A stretch of DNA of 64,000 nucleotides from Neophaeotheca triangularis (taxonomy: Eukaryota): positions 248,001 through 312,000 of the forward strand of contig BAAIJX010000003.1 in NCBI GenBank assembly GCA_054600435.1. The letters are read 5' to 3'. The translations under genes and the position numbers were made by a program. This document shows positions 35,899 to 47,524 of the stretch, piece after piece. Position 1 is the first letter of the stretch. Each line of letters starts with the position of its first letter. The notes below the pieces were generated by a model, which did not search any database, was not told where the DNA came from, and saw only the letters and a program-made list of their open reading frames with translations.

Positions 35899-37353
35899 AT
35901 GGCGAGGAAAAGGCTGGAAGCCCAAAGCGACTCGGACGCTGCCAGAGACCGTGCCTCTTACTACTCAACACGAGCTGAAAGCCCTCGTCGGAAAAGTAGT
36001 CGACAGGCGTCTCGCAATAGGCTTCGCTCGCTTCAAGATGAGGCCTCTGCCGTCCCTCTTCCTGATACGCCAAAGGCCGGCACAAGAACAGTCGAACACG
36101 TCGAGATCCCGCAAAAAGACGACCATGACGAGATGTCTTCCACGACTGCAGTCCCCCGAAGATCGCTGTTTGATCCGCCCCAGAAGCGTTCTACTCTGGT
36201 GCGGAAGAAGGGACGGACAGTGCCAGGAGCACAATTCAGCGATGAACCCGTGACAAGCAAGGAATTTGTTCTTCTCGTGCTACTGACGGCCATCTTGATA
36301 CCTTGGATCTACATGTACGGCGTTCCCGGTTTCCAGAGCTCGTGGCAGCCAACAGCAGAGACAAACACTGCCCAATCTTCGCTATCAGAAGACCTTAGTA
36401 TTCACAACATACTCGCCGACCCGATTGGAGCGAAGCTGTTGCCAGATCTCCCACCAGCAGCCGATCTGCAGACTCCGCTCGACAAGTACGACGGCATAGA
36501 ATCCGACACCATGCGCCTGTGGGCAGGGATCCAGACCTGGCGTACTCACCTCAAGCATGGCGACGAGCTATTTGACCGCTTCACCGAGTACGCGGACGCC
36601 ATGAGCGACATCGAAGACGTAGCCACAAGCCTCGCCAGCAAAGACACCAGCCTCCGCACCACGCTCGCCTCCTCCCTAGAAACCCTCGAAACCGACTTAC
36701 GGGTCCACGTACGCCCGGACGATGCCTCCAAAACGGCAACCGCGACCACGAAGCTCAAACTCTGGCTGCGCGAAACCCTGAAACACCCAACCCACCCAAA
36801 CAGCAACAAATCCACTCTGAGCCCCCTCCTCGACATCTTCCAATCCTTCGCCACCCTCCACCACCCTCAGGCAGACGCCCTAGCAACCCTCGCAGCCAAC
36901 ATGACAAAGTCCCTCGAAACGGCTCGCTCCGCTCAAACCAAAGTCAAGAAAACTCTCACGCCCGATTACCTCGCCTGGACCAAGACGTGCGAGGAGAACA
37001 AGTACTCGACTGAGATCTGCAAGGACTGGGATCCGTTCGGGACGATCGATACGCTAGGGAAACAGTCGGAGTGGATGGGTGTGGTTTCGGAGGTTGTGGA
37101 GGATATCGGGGCCGTGTATTATGAGGTTGCGCTCAGGTTGGGGTTGGTGCAGAGGAGTTTGAGGCGGGTTGTGGAAGAGGGGGAGGATGTGGGGATCGCG
37201 TTCGAGGAGGTTCGGAAGGAGTTGGAGGTGACTTTGACGGATGTTGGGGCTGCGAGGGTGGGGTTGAGGAAGGGGCTTGAGGCGCGCAAGGAGGGTGAAG
37301 GCGAAGGTGGGAGCGAGAAAGCGGAGGAGGCTGGTGCGGGTTTCTTCGTGTAG
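35899..37353 (+). CDS. Hypothetical single-pass membrane protein with basic N-terminus and helical/coiled-coil C-terminal region
   Basis: ATG at 35899 in good context (caaacATGG). One hydrophobic helix FVLLVLLTAILIPWIYMYGV; coding-like composition; no family recognised. Confidence 0.7.
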   Translation: MARKRLEAQSDSDAARDRASYYSTRAESPRRKSSRQASRNRLRSLQDEASAVPLPDTPKAGTRTVEHVEIPQKDDHDEMSSTTAVPRRSLFDPPQKRSTLVRKKGRTVPGAQFSDEPVTSKEFVLLVLLTAILIPWIYMYGVPGFQSSWQPTAETNTAQSSLSEDLSIHNILADPIGAKLLPDLPPAADLQTPLDKYDGIESDTMRLWAGIQTWRTHLKHGDELFDRFTEYADAMSDIEDVATSLASKDTSLRTTLASSLETLETDLRVHVRPDDASKTATATTKLKLWLRETLKHPTHPNSNKSTLSPLLDIFQSFATLHHPQADALATLAANMTKSLETARSAQTKVKKTLTPDYLAWTKTCEENKYSTEICKDWDPFGTIDTLGKQSEWMGVVSEVVEDIGAVYYEVALRLGLVQRSLRRVVEEGEDVGIAFEEVRKELEVTLTDVGAARVGLRKGLEARKEGEGEGGSEKAEEAGAGFFV

Positions 37354-38273
37354 GGTTCGTTGTTTTGTGGTTCGATCGTAATGGGTGCTGAGGCCAAGCG
37401 GCATGCCTCCCCTACGGTAGCTTGAAGTGTCCGTCTTGCGTGTTCTCTTTCCAGTCTCTTTCAGAAGCTTCGTCGTCGTGTGGAGTATCATGTTCTCTCG
37501 CGATCACCGGTGCTCCCACCTTCAGCTCTATTGTTGCCCTTGAACCAGAAACGGTCCCAGCAGCAAGTAGTCAGGGCTGCTTGGTAGCATTGGTCGCTTC
37601 TGGCGTTACCCGGTTGCATTAATGCCTGCACTGGCAGCAGTTGAAGTTCCTGCGAACATTGAGTACAGTGCGGTAGAGATAGCAACATGAAACCATCACA
37701 GTGAACAAGAAGGCAGAGCAAGTTCATCCTCATTTCGTTCCATTCGCAATTAATATACAAAAAAAGAAGCGCGTTGCAGAGGCGGCGCCTTGCCCTCCAC
37801 CGCACCGCAGGCTCTCGGTTATCACTCCGAGCCCTTAGGACGGCACAGCGAAGGAGACCCTCCAATTATAAACTAGAGAGTGCTTGCCCTGAAACTCTCA
37901 CACCACCGCATCGTAGCCCAAAGGACATACGATAGGTGATGGTATTGAAGATCAGGGGCGCTCCACCTCTTCTGCGTCAACTCAAAGAGAAAAAAAAAGA
38001 AAGCAAGCAAGAAACGCACGCTCCCAACTCCCGCAACCATGCAAGCTCTTGATCGTCTGGCTTCCCTCAGCCTCGATCGTGCCCGCTGCAAAAATGCCCA
38101 AAATCCCACAAACATGCCAGCACTTGGTCGTTTGATCCCCGTGAATCCAACCTTGCTCGCTGCAAACTTCCAACTCCTTCGCAAATACGCAAGTTCTTGT
38201 AATGACCAATCCTCCATCTCCTCCGACCCTCCCAACCCCCAACCCTGCCTCATCGTCCCCTGCTCGTCCCCTC

Positions 38274-40593
38274 CTAGTCCTGGTTCATGTTGGCGTCGCG
38301 CTGCTTCTGCGCCTGCCACTCATTGTATTCCTTGTGACCGTGTCCCAAGCCCTTGCTCCTCTGGGACGCCACCCACTCGTTGTGCTCGCGAGCGTTGTTC
38401 ACGTCGAGCGCCCATGGGTTCTCTGCAATCCACTGCTGGTACAAGTTGCCAACGTGCTCTCCGCATTTCCTCCTGTATTCGGCACTCCACTCGACATAGT
38501 CTGGTCCCTTCTTTGGCCCACAGTCAGGGAACCCCCACTTGTTCCCGCCTGTGGGCTTCTTGCCGACGATGGGTCCCCAAGCGGTGCAAGTGGAAGTAGT
38601 TGGGTCGAAATACTCTGGAGGTCCGTCGGTCGCAGTATTGGTGTCGGTGGTAACGTCATTGGCAGAAGCAGTGGCTGTCGAGGCTTGAGCCGGTGCAGGG
38701 CTGGAGAATATGTTCTCACTGCGCTCGGCAACGTCTTCCCAGACCTCCATCTCATCGTCGTCGTCCAGGTCGGGCACACGGAAAGTTCCGGAAGACTCGC
38801 CGGGTCGGTTGTGAGGAATCTTGACAAGCCGGTCTACCTTCACATATTTGGTGCGCTTGACTGGCTTCAAGAAGTCTGAGAGATCTTCATCTTTCTCCAA
38901 CGCTGCGACCTGGCGCTGGGCGTGGCGGAGCTCACGAAGCTTGTCCAGGCCAGTGCGAGGACTCGGGGCTGGGTAAGGGGCATAGGCAGCACGAGCCATC
39001 TTGATGGTGCGGCGCCTTGCGACCGAGTTGGGAGGCACCGTCTGTTCGTTTGCGGCTGGAGTCATCTCGCTCTGCTCGTTGATCGTGCTCAGGGAGGTAT
39101 CAACCTTGTTCCTGTACTTCACACTTGGGCAGTTGAAGGTGGGGTGCGAGGCGTGCCAATCGCCGTGCTCGCGGGGCTTCCTGGTAGGCGTGTCTGGGAC
39201 GTCCGAAGTGTTGTGACGCGCTCGCTTAGTAGAGGGCTCTTGGGTCTCTTCGGGCTCCTCGACACGCAGGCGTTTGCGCTGCTCCTCACGCGGTCCGCGA
39301 GTTGGCGTATCAGTGTGAGTAGAGGTGGTTGGACGCGCGCGCTTGGTCGAGGGCTGTTCCGGCTCCTCGACGTCTTCAACACGGCGGCGCTTGTTCTGAC
39401 GCGTGGTGGTAGGTGGAGCTTGGTCGCTGGTAGTAGGCGGTGCAGTGCTGGTAGTCGGTGCCTGAATGTTGTTGGTAGGAGCTGCTGTGGCGACTGCTTG
39501 CGTGCTTGCTGGCCGAGGAGTTGCGGTCCGTTTGAATGGTGAAGAGAGCCAACTGAAAACACCGGAAAGGCGGCCTGCTGGAGTGGGCGGTGCTGCCTGG
39601 ACCGCGTTGGTGACGTCATTTGGCGTCTGTACTTGAGTGGTTGAAGCTTGCTGTGCAGAGGCTTCTGGCTGCGCCGTAGCAGTCTCTTGCTGCACGGTCG
39701 AGCCTGATGATGAGTCCGAGCCTGGGGATGGTGCGCGGAAGTCGGGGACGGAGGCACGGTTGCGTGTCTGGGCCATCATCGGTGTGGCCTGGGGGAGATC
39801 GGAAGGGAAGTCGGACATCATAGTGCCCATCATCGTGGTCTCAGCTTCAGCCGGCTGGATCGGCGTCTGGGGTGGCTTTTTGACGGCTCTGGCGCGGGCG
39901 GCCTCTTCCGTCGAGCTCGCCGGTCGCTCTACCGGGAGGGGTGTCGGGAAACTGCTGACGATAGAAGCACGGTGAAGGAGAGGGCGCTGCTGCATATAGT
40001 TGATCGCAGCCTCTTTCTGTGCGGTCTCTTCGGCAATCTCGCGCTGGTATCGGCGTTCTTCGTCGGCACGGGCTTGTAGTGACATGTCGAGGACTGCGAT
40101 GACTTGGTCATTGGTCAGTTGCGCCATGCGCGCACGGAAAGCATCCACGTCGTTCTGGTTGTGGCGAATGGCCCAGAGCTCATTGAGCTCGGTGTGGGCG
40201 TTGAAGGGGCGGGGAGGGGCCTTGGCCTTCTTGGCCACTTTGCGAGCAGGCGCAGGCTTAGGCTTGCGAGCGCGAGTGGCAGGCACAAAGGGAACTATAC
40301 CATTGTCAATAACTGACTCTGGTTTGTATTGCGCGTTTAAAAAGATTGCTGGGTGAGGGGGGTTTAAGAAATCACGGGATGGGGGATCAATAGTTACCAG
40401 TCTCTTGCTCCTTGTCCTCCTCTGGCTCTTCGGCCACGGCCGAAGGCACGCGTGCGGTCGCGCGGGACCTGGTCCTGCGTCCAATGTTGTCGTCTAACCC
40501 GGCGACCAAGGGTTCCGCAGACGCGCGCGACGAGGCGCGAGTTTTGCGGGTCGTGGGTGCTGCCGCAGCAGCAGGCGCTCTCTTGGGAGGCAT
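38274..40593 (-). CDS. Hypothetical low-complexity, probably nuclear protein; exons 40593-40398, 40348-38274
   Basis: MPPKRA start. Intron GTAACT...CAG (40397-40349) joins ORF 40387..40593 in frame to the 736-aa ORF. Repeated NLS-like KRRRVE..PSTKRAR segments. Confidence 0.75.
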
Positions 40594-42119
40594 TGTGGCG
40601 TTGTGGGAAACGGGAAGGAGGTGTGGTGGTGTTGATGATGATGATGATTATGATGATGATGATGATTATGATGACAATTGGAAAGAGCTTTGCTAATCGG
40701 CGGTGCGGTTTGGAAAGCGTGGTCGAGTGTCAAAGTGGAAGGTGGGAGAAAGTGGAAGTTGCGAAAGTAAATAGAATTGGCGCGGCCATCGGCGTTCGGA
40801 ACGGCCCGAGCTCCGCTAATCAGCCGACGTAGTATCAATGCAGCCTGCAAACACCTGCAGATTCATGGCCCGGGCTTATGCAGGCTGGCTGATTAGGAAT
40901 AGCGCTAGGCGCCAGCGGGGTGAACTCCGACCTCACACAATCAGTGAATGGTGTCAACCTCACCCCAATATCAACACAACAAAGCCGAGAGTACGTCAGA
41001 TCACAAAGAATATGCAAAAGCTATGTGTCAACAGATATCAACGGGTCAATGTGATGCATAACTCAACGCTGCATCGACCGAGCGTCGTTGTTCGAAGTCA
41101 GAAAATACCTGCTCCTGGTCCCAAACTCATATCGCACTGGGCCTACCGTGGTCGCTTCGTTGCTATTGGAACCCCGAGTGCCAAACCGCAACAGCTCCTG
41201 CTCCCTATACTACTGTCTGAATTTAGCGCCGAGAGCCAACGCGCCCCATGGCGGCAACCACAACGCTTGCTCTTCCGGATATACAATCTTGCATGCGGAG
41301 AGTCTACATTGCACTTCCTTCCAGTCTACAGCATCACTGGCTCGCTGAGAACACCAGTCTTCATGAAAGAAATGATATCAGCATCGAGCCACTATTTCCC
41401 CGGCTCGCGAATCCAATCATGCATGCTTTGTCAACCTCGTTTCTTCGGTAGGGACTTATGTCAGCTTGAGCAATGACAATGAGGTTGCCTCCAGCCCGCC
41501 ACTCTATGGACTTACCGAGAACACTTCCGCTTTTCGTCATCAACGAGTTAGTAATTCGCTCCCGGCTCTCAGCCCGATCCACACTTGCTCTCTAATGCTC
41601 CCCGTCCCGCCATCTTACGTGGCGTTCTCAAATTGCTAGGAAGGTGCTGTGGCATTGGCGCGACGATGATAAACATTGCTGGAAAGCTTTGCTGGTCGGC
41701 GGCGTGGTTAGGTTTTGAAGCCGGTACATATCGTTCCCGGCTTGCACTTCCTACGAACCTCCCCTGGTACTACAGCCTACACGCTCCAAGGTTCTGGACC
41801 TTCTCTCAAACCTCGAGCTCTCACTTTATCGAATGCCGTGCTCGATGATCGTACGGAGGCCGTCGTGATCTTACCGAGAATACTGGTTTGGTTTGGCCAG
41901 TTCAGTCTCCTAGCGTTTAAATTCTCGGTCTTTGCTTCGCCATGTCCGCTTCACAGGCAGGATTGTGCGCATTTGTGATGTTGCTAACCCTCATGACTTC
42001 CAGCATGCCAGTCTACCACGTTGCCGGGGAAGCAAGCTCTTTCGATTCTACACCAGTCCGGTCTTGCATACTTGAGAATTGGTCAGCGTGTTACGAAACG
42101 TAGATCAGGGAAGAGTGAG

Positions 42120-43200
42120 ATGGCGGCCACGGAAAGAGACGGAACCGCTCGTGAGCACAGCTATGGACCTTTCTTGGCATTTAAAGAGTCAGAGCTCTAT
42201 CGAAATTATATGGCGTCTACCATAAACGAAGGGCCAGAGAGCGAGCCTATTTACTTTTAATCCCATCCCTCGAAGAACACGCACATACCTTTGAGTCGTT
42301 TTTATTGCCACTTCAGGAAACCGGGCCACCACGACACCTACTCCAGACAACGAAAGCTCGCCTGTACAGCCACTATGTTTCCCTCCGGGTCCCTGAGGGC
42401 CCCTAGCGAGGGTGCAAACACCCACAGCGATTCGTCGGACGAACGCATTGCACCTAGCGCGGAGGTGCTATTGGATGCGGTCGAAGGAGTGACGACTCCA
42501 GACAGTGAGGAAGTACCTGGGAGTCAAAAGTCAGGATAAAGGAACTCCAACAAACTCAAAGACGGTGCGGAGGAGGAGGCTGAACAAGACGGTGAGTCCT
42601 AGTGGTAGGATACCTCGGAAGAAGAGGCGGAAGATGAAGCGGAAGACTAAGCTACCGGAACTAATAGTAGAGGTGCTCTTGCCGGTGATAATGGCGGAGA
42701 CTCTGGTCATCTCAGTGCGGCTAATCAAACTTCACCGGCCGGTCCGTCTGGAGTGGTACGTGGGTGCGTACGTGGGTTCCAACCTGCCCGCACGCCCCAC
42801 ATTCGAGGTTCCGGCAGACGCCAACAGCGGAACCCGCAAAGTCCAGATCCGCGACGATGTCGACTGGAACAATCCAGAATCCGTTGGCAAAGCGGTGCAT
42901 TCGAGGCGCATGATCGAATACCGCGCAAGGGTCAAGTACGGTCTGCCTATGAACAGGCCAATCGCTCACGCCCGCCAGTACTCGGCCTCAAACGAGGCTT
43001 GGATTATCGGGGAGCATCATCGCTATGCGGCGGCGAACAACAATCGCCGAATTTCTATGCTTAACCTGACGGCGGCGTGCAACGCCCATTTTCCCCGCGA
43101 GCAAAGGACCAACTCCAGCATCAGCAAACATGTTAAGAGAGTCTCGACGCTTAATACGGTCAGGAAGAGTTACCGCAATTGGGAGGGAATATTCTGGTGA
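42120..43200 (+). pseudogene. Probable disrupted gene (acidic linker plus C-terminal helical domain) with five in-frame stops and a frameshift
   Basis: One frame from ATG 42120 reads as protein-like (GAEEEAEQDGES*W*DTSEEEAEDEAED*) with TAA 42258, TAA 42537, TAG 42600, TAG 42606, TAA 42648. The C-terminal part continues in the +1 frame to 43200. Confidence 0.6.
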
Positions 43201-44038
43201 AACATGGAGTTAGTGCACGGTTTGTTGGTGGGATACCCGATAGTAAAAACGTTGAATAGCACAGTGGTATGACAGAGCTCGAGGAAAGAGCCTTTTAGAA
43301 GCAAGATGCACTACTTCGGTTGCAATTTCAGTCATGTTCGAATGCTGCAATACAGAAAGACCTCCCATAGATAAGTCGAGTAGCGGTAACCGCTACGTGC
43401 AAGTGTGAGAACTATTAGTCTCCAAAGTCTCAACGTTTAGGTAATTTGTCCATTGGCGAGACGGTGTCGTCGGCGGTCAGAGATATTTGATAACCCGGCG
43501 GGGTACGCTCGCTGTGTTGACGAGGACTGCATCGGCTGTGGCTACTAGGTGAAGATTCTTATGGCAAGGTCACACTCATACATGGCTTGAGGAAAGACTG
43601 AGAGTAGCCTTTGGGGTCACAGCGGTAATTTTCGGCGTCCAAGTGCTTAGTTGAGAGCTGCTCCAAGTGCCGCAAAGATTGCGATAGACCTCGAAAAGAA
43701 CGCTTATCAGAAGGGCAGCGAATCACGCGACTGAGTGCTCTTGCGGCCGGTATGAGAGCTAGATGAAACTGCTGTTCCCCCCAAAGAAAAGGAATTTTCA
43801 ATCCCTTTACCACATTGTTCGAAGGATGAAGTTAAGAAAACATTGGATGTTCCCATGCGATATTCTTGTCGAAGGCAAGGTCGAATTAAGCATCCGACGC
43901 TACTCCGCATCGAGGTCGAAGTGGGTCCTATCCCCAATCGGCTGTCACTTGTCGTGCGTGTAAGTACGGTTCATACTGGTAACATCACAGCGACCTCCTT
44001 AGGTCCGCCAACCCCTTCTGCCCGATCCTATTTCAAAG

Positions 44039-45271
44039 ATGCGCGGTTTCACGGTATTCGCGCCTCTGCTGGCGCTGCTAGCGTCGCTGGCGTTCGCAAC
44101 CCACACTTCCAACTGGGCGGTCCTAGTCAGCACCTCACGCTTCTGGTTCAACTACCGGCACATGGCCAACGTGCTAAGCATGTACCGCACAGTCAAACGG
44201 CTGGGCATCCCGGACTCGCAGATTATACTCATGCTGCCAGACGACATGGCTTGCAACCCGCGCAACAGCTTCGCCGGAAGCGTCTTCAACGACAAGTCTC
44301 GCGACTTGGATCTTTACGACAGCCATAGTAGCAAAGAAGAGCTTGAGAACAACCCCGGGTCTGATGCGGGTATGGGTGGTATCGAGGTTGACTATAGGGG
44401 AAACGAGGTCACAGTGGAAAACTTCATCCGCTTGCTTACTGATCGCTGGCCTGCTTCGCAACCGCATAGTAAACGGCTCATGACGGATGACCGGTCCAAC
44501 ATCCTCATCTACATGACTGGGCACGGCGGGAACGAATTCTTGAAGTTCCAAGACGCGGAGGAGATCTCCAGCTTCGACCTGGCGGATGCGTTTGAGCAGA
44601 TGTGGGAGAAGAAGAGGTACCACGAGATGCTGTTCATGATCGATACGTGCCAGGCGAACACCATGTACAACCAATTTTACACGCCCAATATCATCGGTAC
44701 GGGCAGCAGTGCGAAAGACCAGAGCAGCTACAGCCATCATGCTGACCAGGATGTTGGCGTTGCCGTGATCGATCGATGGACATACTTCAACCTGGAATTT
44801 CTGGAGACGAGACTCAACAGCACAAGCTCGGATGTTGGGCTAGGCGAGCTCTTCGACTTTTACACTTTTGATCGCGTGCACTCTGATGCTGGCATACGGT
44901 ACGATCTCTTTCCTGGAGGCGAGGAGACCGCGCGCAACCGCAGGGTATTGGACTTCTTTGGTAATGTGCAAGGCGTGGAGGTTGATGGAGGTCAAGGTCA
45001 GCAGATGCTGGGGAATTGGAAAGACGATGTGGCCGCTCTGAAGAGAATCTACGAAAGACAACGGGCTGCGTTGGCTGCGAACCAGACGCAGAGTGCGCAG
45101 CAAGATGATATTGAGCAAGGAGAGGTGCAAACTAGACGGCCTGGCAACGTAAAAGGTGCGCAGGACATGGCAGAAGGCGGCGACAGATGGATCAAAAGAA
45201 TGATTGGTGCAGGCTCGCTGGCAGTCTTGGGTGGGTTTTGGATTGCAAGCAATAGCTTTGGCAAAGGCTGA
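44039..45271 (+). CDS. GPI8: GPI-anchor transamidase catalytic subunit (peptidase C13)
   Basis: Signal peptide; HTSNWAVLVSTSRFWFNYRH; YMTGHGG (His) and IDTCQA (Cys) catalytic dyad; C-terminal TM. Confidence 0.97.
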   Translation: MRGFTVFAPLLALLASLAFATHTSNWAVLVSTSRFWFNYRHMANVLSMYRTVKRLGIPDSQIILMLPDDMACNPRNSFAGSVFNDKSRDLDLYDSHSSKEELENNPGSDAGMGGIEVDYRGNEVTVENFIRLLTDRWPASQPHSKRLMTDDRSNILIYMTGHGGNEFLKFQDAEEISSFDLADAFEQMWEKKRYHEMLFMIDTCQANTMYNQFYTPNIIGTGSSAKDQSSYSHHADQDVGVAVIDRWTYFNLEFLETRLNSTSSDVGLGELFDFYTFDRVHSDAGIRYDLFPGGEETARNRRVLDFFGNVQGVEVDGGQGQQMLGNWKDDVAALKRIYERQRAALAANQTQSAQQDDIEQGEVQTRRPGNVKGAQDMAEGGDRWIKRMIGAGSLAVLGGFWIASNSFGKG

Positions 45272-45636
45272 AGGAGGTGTGGTCGTGGAAAGGACGCAAA
45301 TGCGTTATGAATCGTCTGCTAGTGCTTGTGGCGGGCTTTGAGGGCCCTTGTGTCTGCAGTAGACACGTCATTCCCCCCATCATATCTGGCACGCACGAGT
45401 GCCAGCAAATGTCGCGGAGAAGGAGGGTGTCCTGCCACGTTTGCTGGCAAAGAAAAGTGGCACGCCACCGACTTCCGGGCGCGCGAGTGCGAGGATGATC
45501 AAGCTGACAGGGGATGTAGCCGCTTGTGGCAACGCAGAACCGTAAAAGGTGTATGGGAGGAAGATAAGCGCGTGAGCTTTAGGTTGGATTAGCAGTAAAC
45601 GAGCATAAGCTCAAGGCTGCCTATGCTAGCATGCCA

Positions 45637-46802
45637 CTAAAGCTTCGACGTGGCGATCGGCTTGACGACAAACCCAGTCTTCGGAAAATGCAATCTTACG
45701 TCGATAGCAGGCTTCTCCTCGCCACTCTCAGCTGGCTTGATGACGACCTCTTCTGGCGACATGGCTGCAAGGGTGCCAAAGGTAGGACTGCAAGATAATT
45801 AGCTTACTTGTTCTTTTCACTTTTCAACATCAGAACTTACTCGTTTCTCCCGGTGTCATCCGGCGCTACCGATACCTCCACGCCTTCCCTCAGCCCAGTC
45901 TTCTCGCTCAACTCTTTCAAATTCCCCCTAGGTGTCCGCAAAAGCAGTGACCTCTTTCCCAACGCCGGAGCTTCCCTCATCCGCCTCAGCACCCCTTCAA
46001 CTTCAGGATCCCTCTCTTCCACCTCGGGCAAATCCTCAAAATACCTCTCCATCCTCCGAAACCACCTCCAAACCCTCGGATATCTCTCAGCGTTGAACAC
46101 GCCATCCACCCCCTGGTCATCCGAATTCTCAGCGCCGCCCCCACTCAAGTCTTTCACCAACCTCCCAGCCGCGATCTCCCTCCCCCAATGCAATTGGTAA
46201 AAAACAGCCACATCAGCCAAACCCGGCTTGCCAGTCGAGAAAACCCAGAGCGCCCTATGCTCCCCCTCCCCAGCCTCCTCAAACATCCCCTCCAACAAGC
46301 TCAATTGCGAATCCAGCCTGGCCAAGTTCTCCGGCACTTTCCGTTCCAACTTGTCAGCATCCAGCGTATGCCCGATCAACGCCGCCCGATCCTCTCCAAA
46401 CCGCGTCCTCCAAACCCTCGCCGGAATAAGCCCCGTTGTAATCCGAAACAACGGGCGATCCGTCCAGAAACTTGCCATCCCCCGGACTACACTCCTGTAC
46501 CGCCTTCCATCGGCACAAACAGGATAGAGCGTCCCGTACCCTTCCTCGGGTGGAAAGAAATGCTCCAGAGCTTCTAGGATCAGCGAGGTGTCGCAGTAGA
46601 TTTCCCGGCCTAGGGCAAGGATGGGGATTTTGCGGTATGAAAGTCGCAGTGTTTCGGTTATCAGGGGACGAGGGAGCATGGAGGGCACGGTGATGTAGGT
46701 ATGGGGAATTTGTTTGAGTTTGAGGCTTAGGCGGACTTTTTGGGTGAACGGGGAGGAGTGATAGCCGAAGAGGACTACGGGGAGGTCTTGGGCGGAGGCC
46801 AT
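45637..46802 (-). CDS. Glutathione S-transferase N-terminal-domain protein; exons 46802-45841, 45787-45637; ends -SKL
   Basis: LFGYHSSPFTQKV, YRKIPILALGREIYCDTSLILEALE. Intron GTAAGT...GCTAAT...CAG; exon 2 gives DPTFGTL...RLHFPKTGFVVKPIATSKL*. Confidence 0.88.
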
Positions 46803-47524
46803 GGTTTTAGAAGAGGCCGTGACTGGCACTGATTGATTGGGTGGGAATGAATGTTGTGTCCTCCTGTGGCGAGACTGGTCTTTGTGTAGGCAGACAGATG
46901 AGGCTCGCTTGTGGACTTTGTTCCTGTCCGCAGAACGCAATCGAACGCTCACTCAGGCATTCAGTGTTAGTATTTGAGTCGGCTGCTTCGTTGCGGTTTT
47001 GTCGCGTTATTCATATCAAAGGAACGCTTCTACACGGAAATATCTCACCTAAGTATGATGTTCCCCCGCCAGCAGCATTCGACCTCGGCTTCCTCTTTCG
47101 ATTGACATGGCAGTCAATCACGGTCAACACTTCCAATTCGAGGGTAGAACTGGAGGAACGTCAAGGTATTTGACACGCATACTGTATGAACGGTGGAATC
47201 ATACGAATACAACGCAAGACTTCCGAATATGCAGGCAGGACCATGTACCGGCCATCTGAGCACGCTGCCGTTTCGAATTCGACCTCTAACCAAACTCTAA
47301 CCCTCACTAAGCCGGCAGACTTCTACGCGACGCGCGACAAAAAGTCGCAGCTTCACAAGTTGCCAAGATATCGAAACATCAAGTCTGCCATCTAACGACA
47401 AACACCCCTCCAGTCACCCGGTGTACCGCCTTCTACGACCGCTCAGACTCTCGAATCCTTCAAACTCCCTATAGGACCTACTTTTCAATTTCCCCGGCGC
47501 ACATAGCGCCCCCAAACACTCAAG

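Noticed and set aside
40838..41476. 212-aa ORF between the orphan gene and the putative pseudogene
   Set aside because: No motif or coding-like codon bias evident; cannot be supported without homology data.
42505..42750. Basic N-terminus of ORF 42505..43200 as a real NLS-rich domain
   Set aside because: Better explained as the off-frame reading of a GAG/GAA/GAT-rich acidic segment in the stop-interrupted frame.
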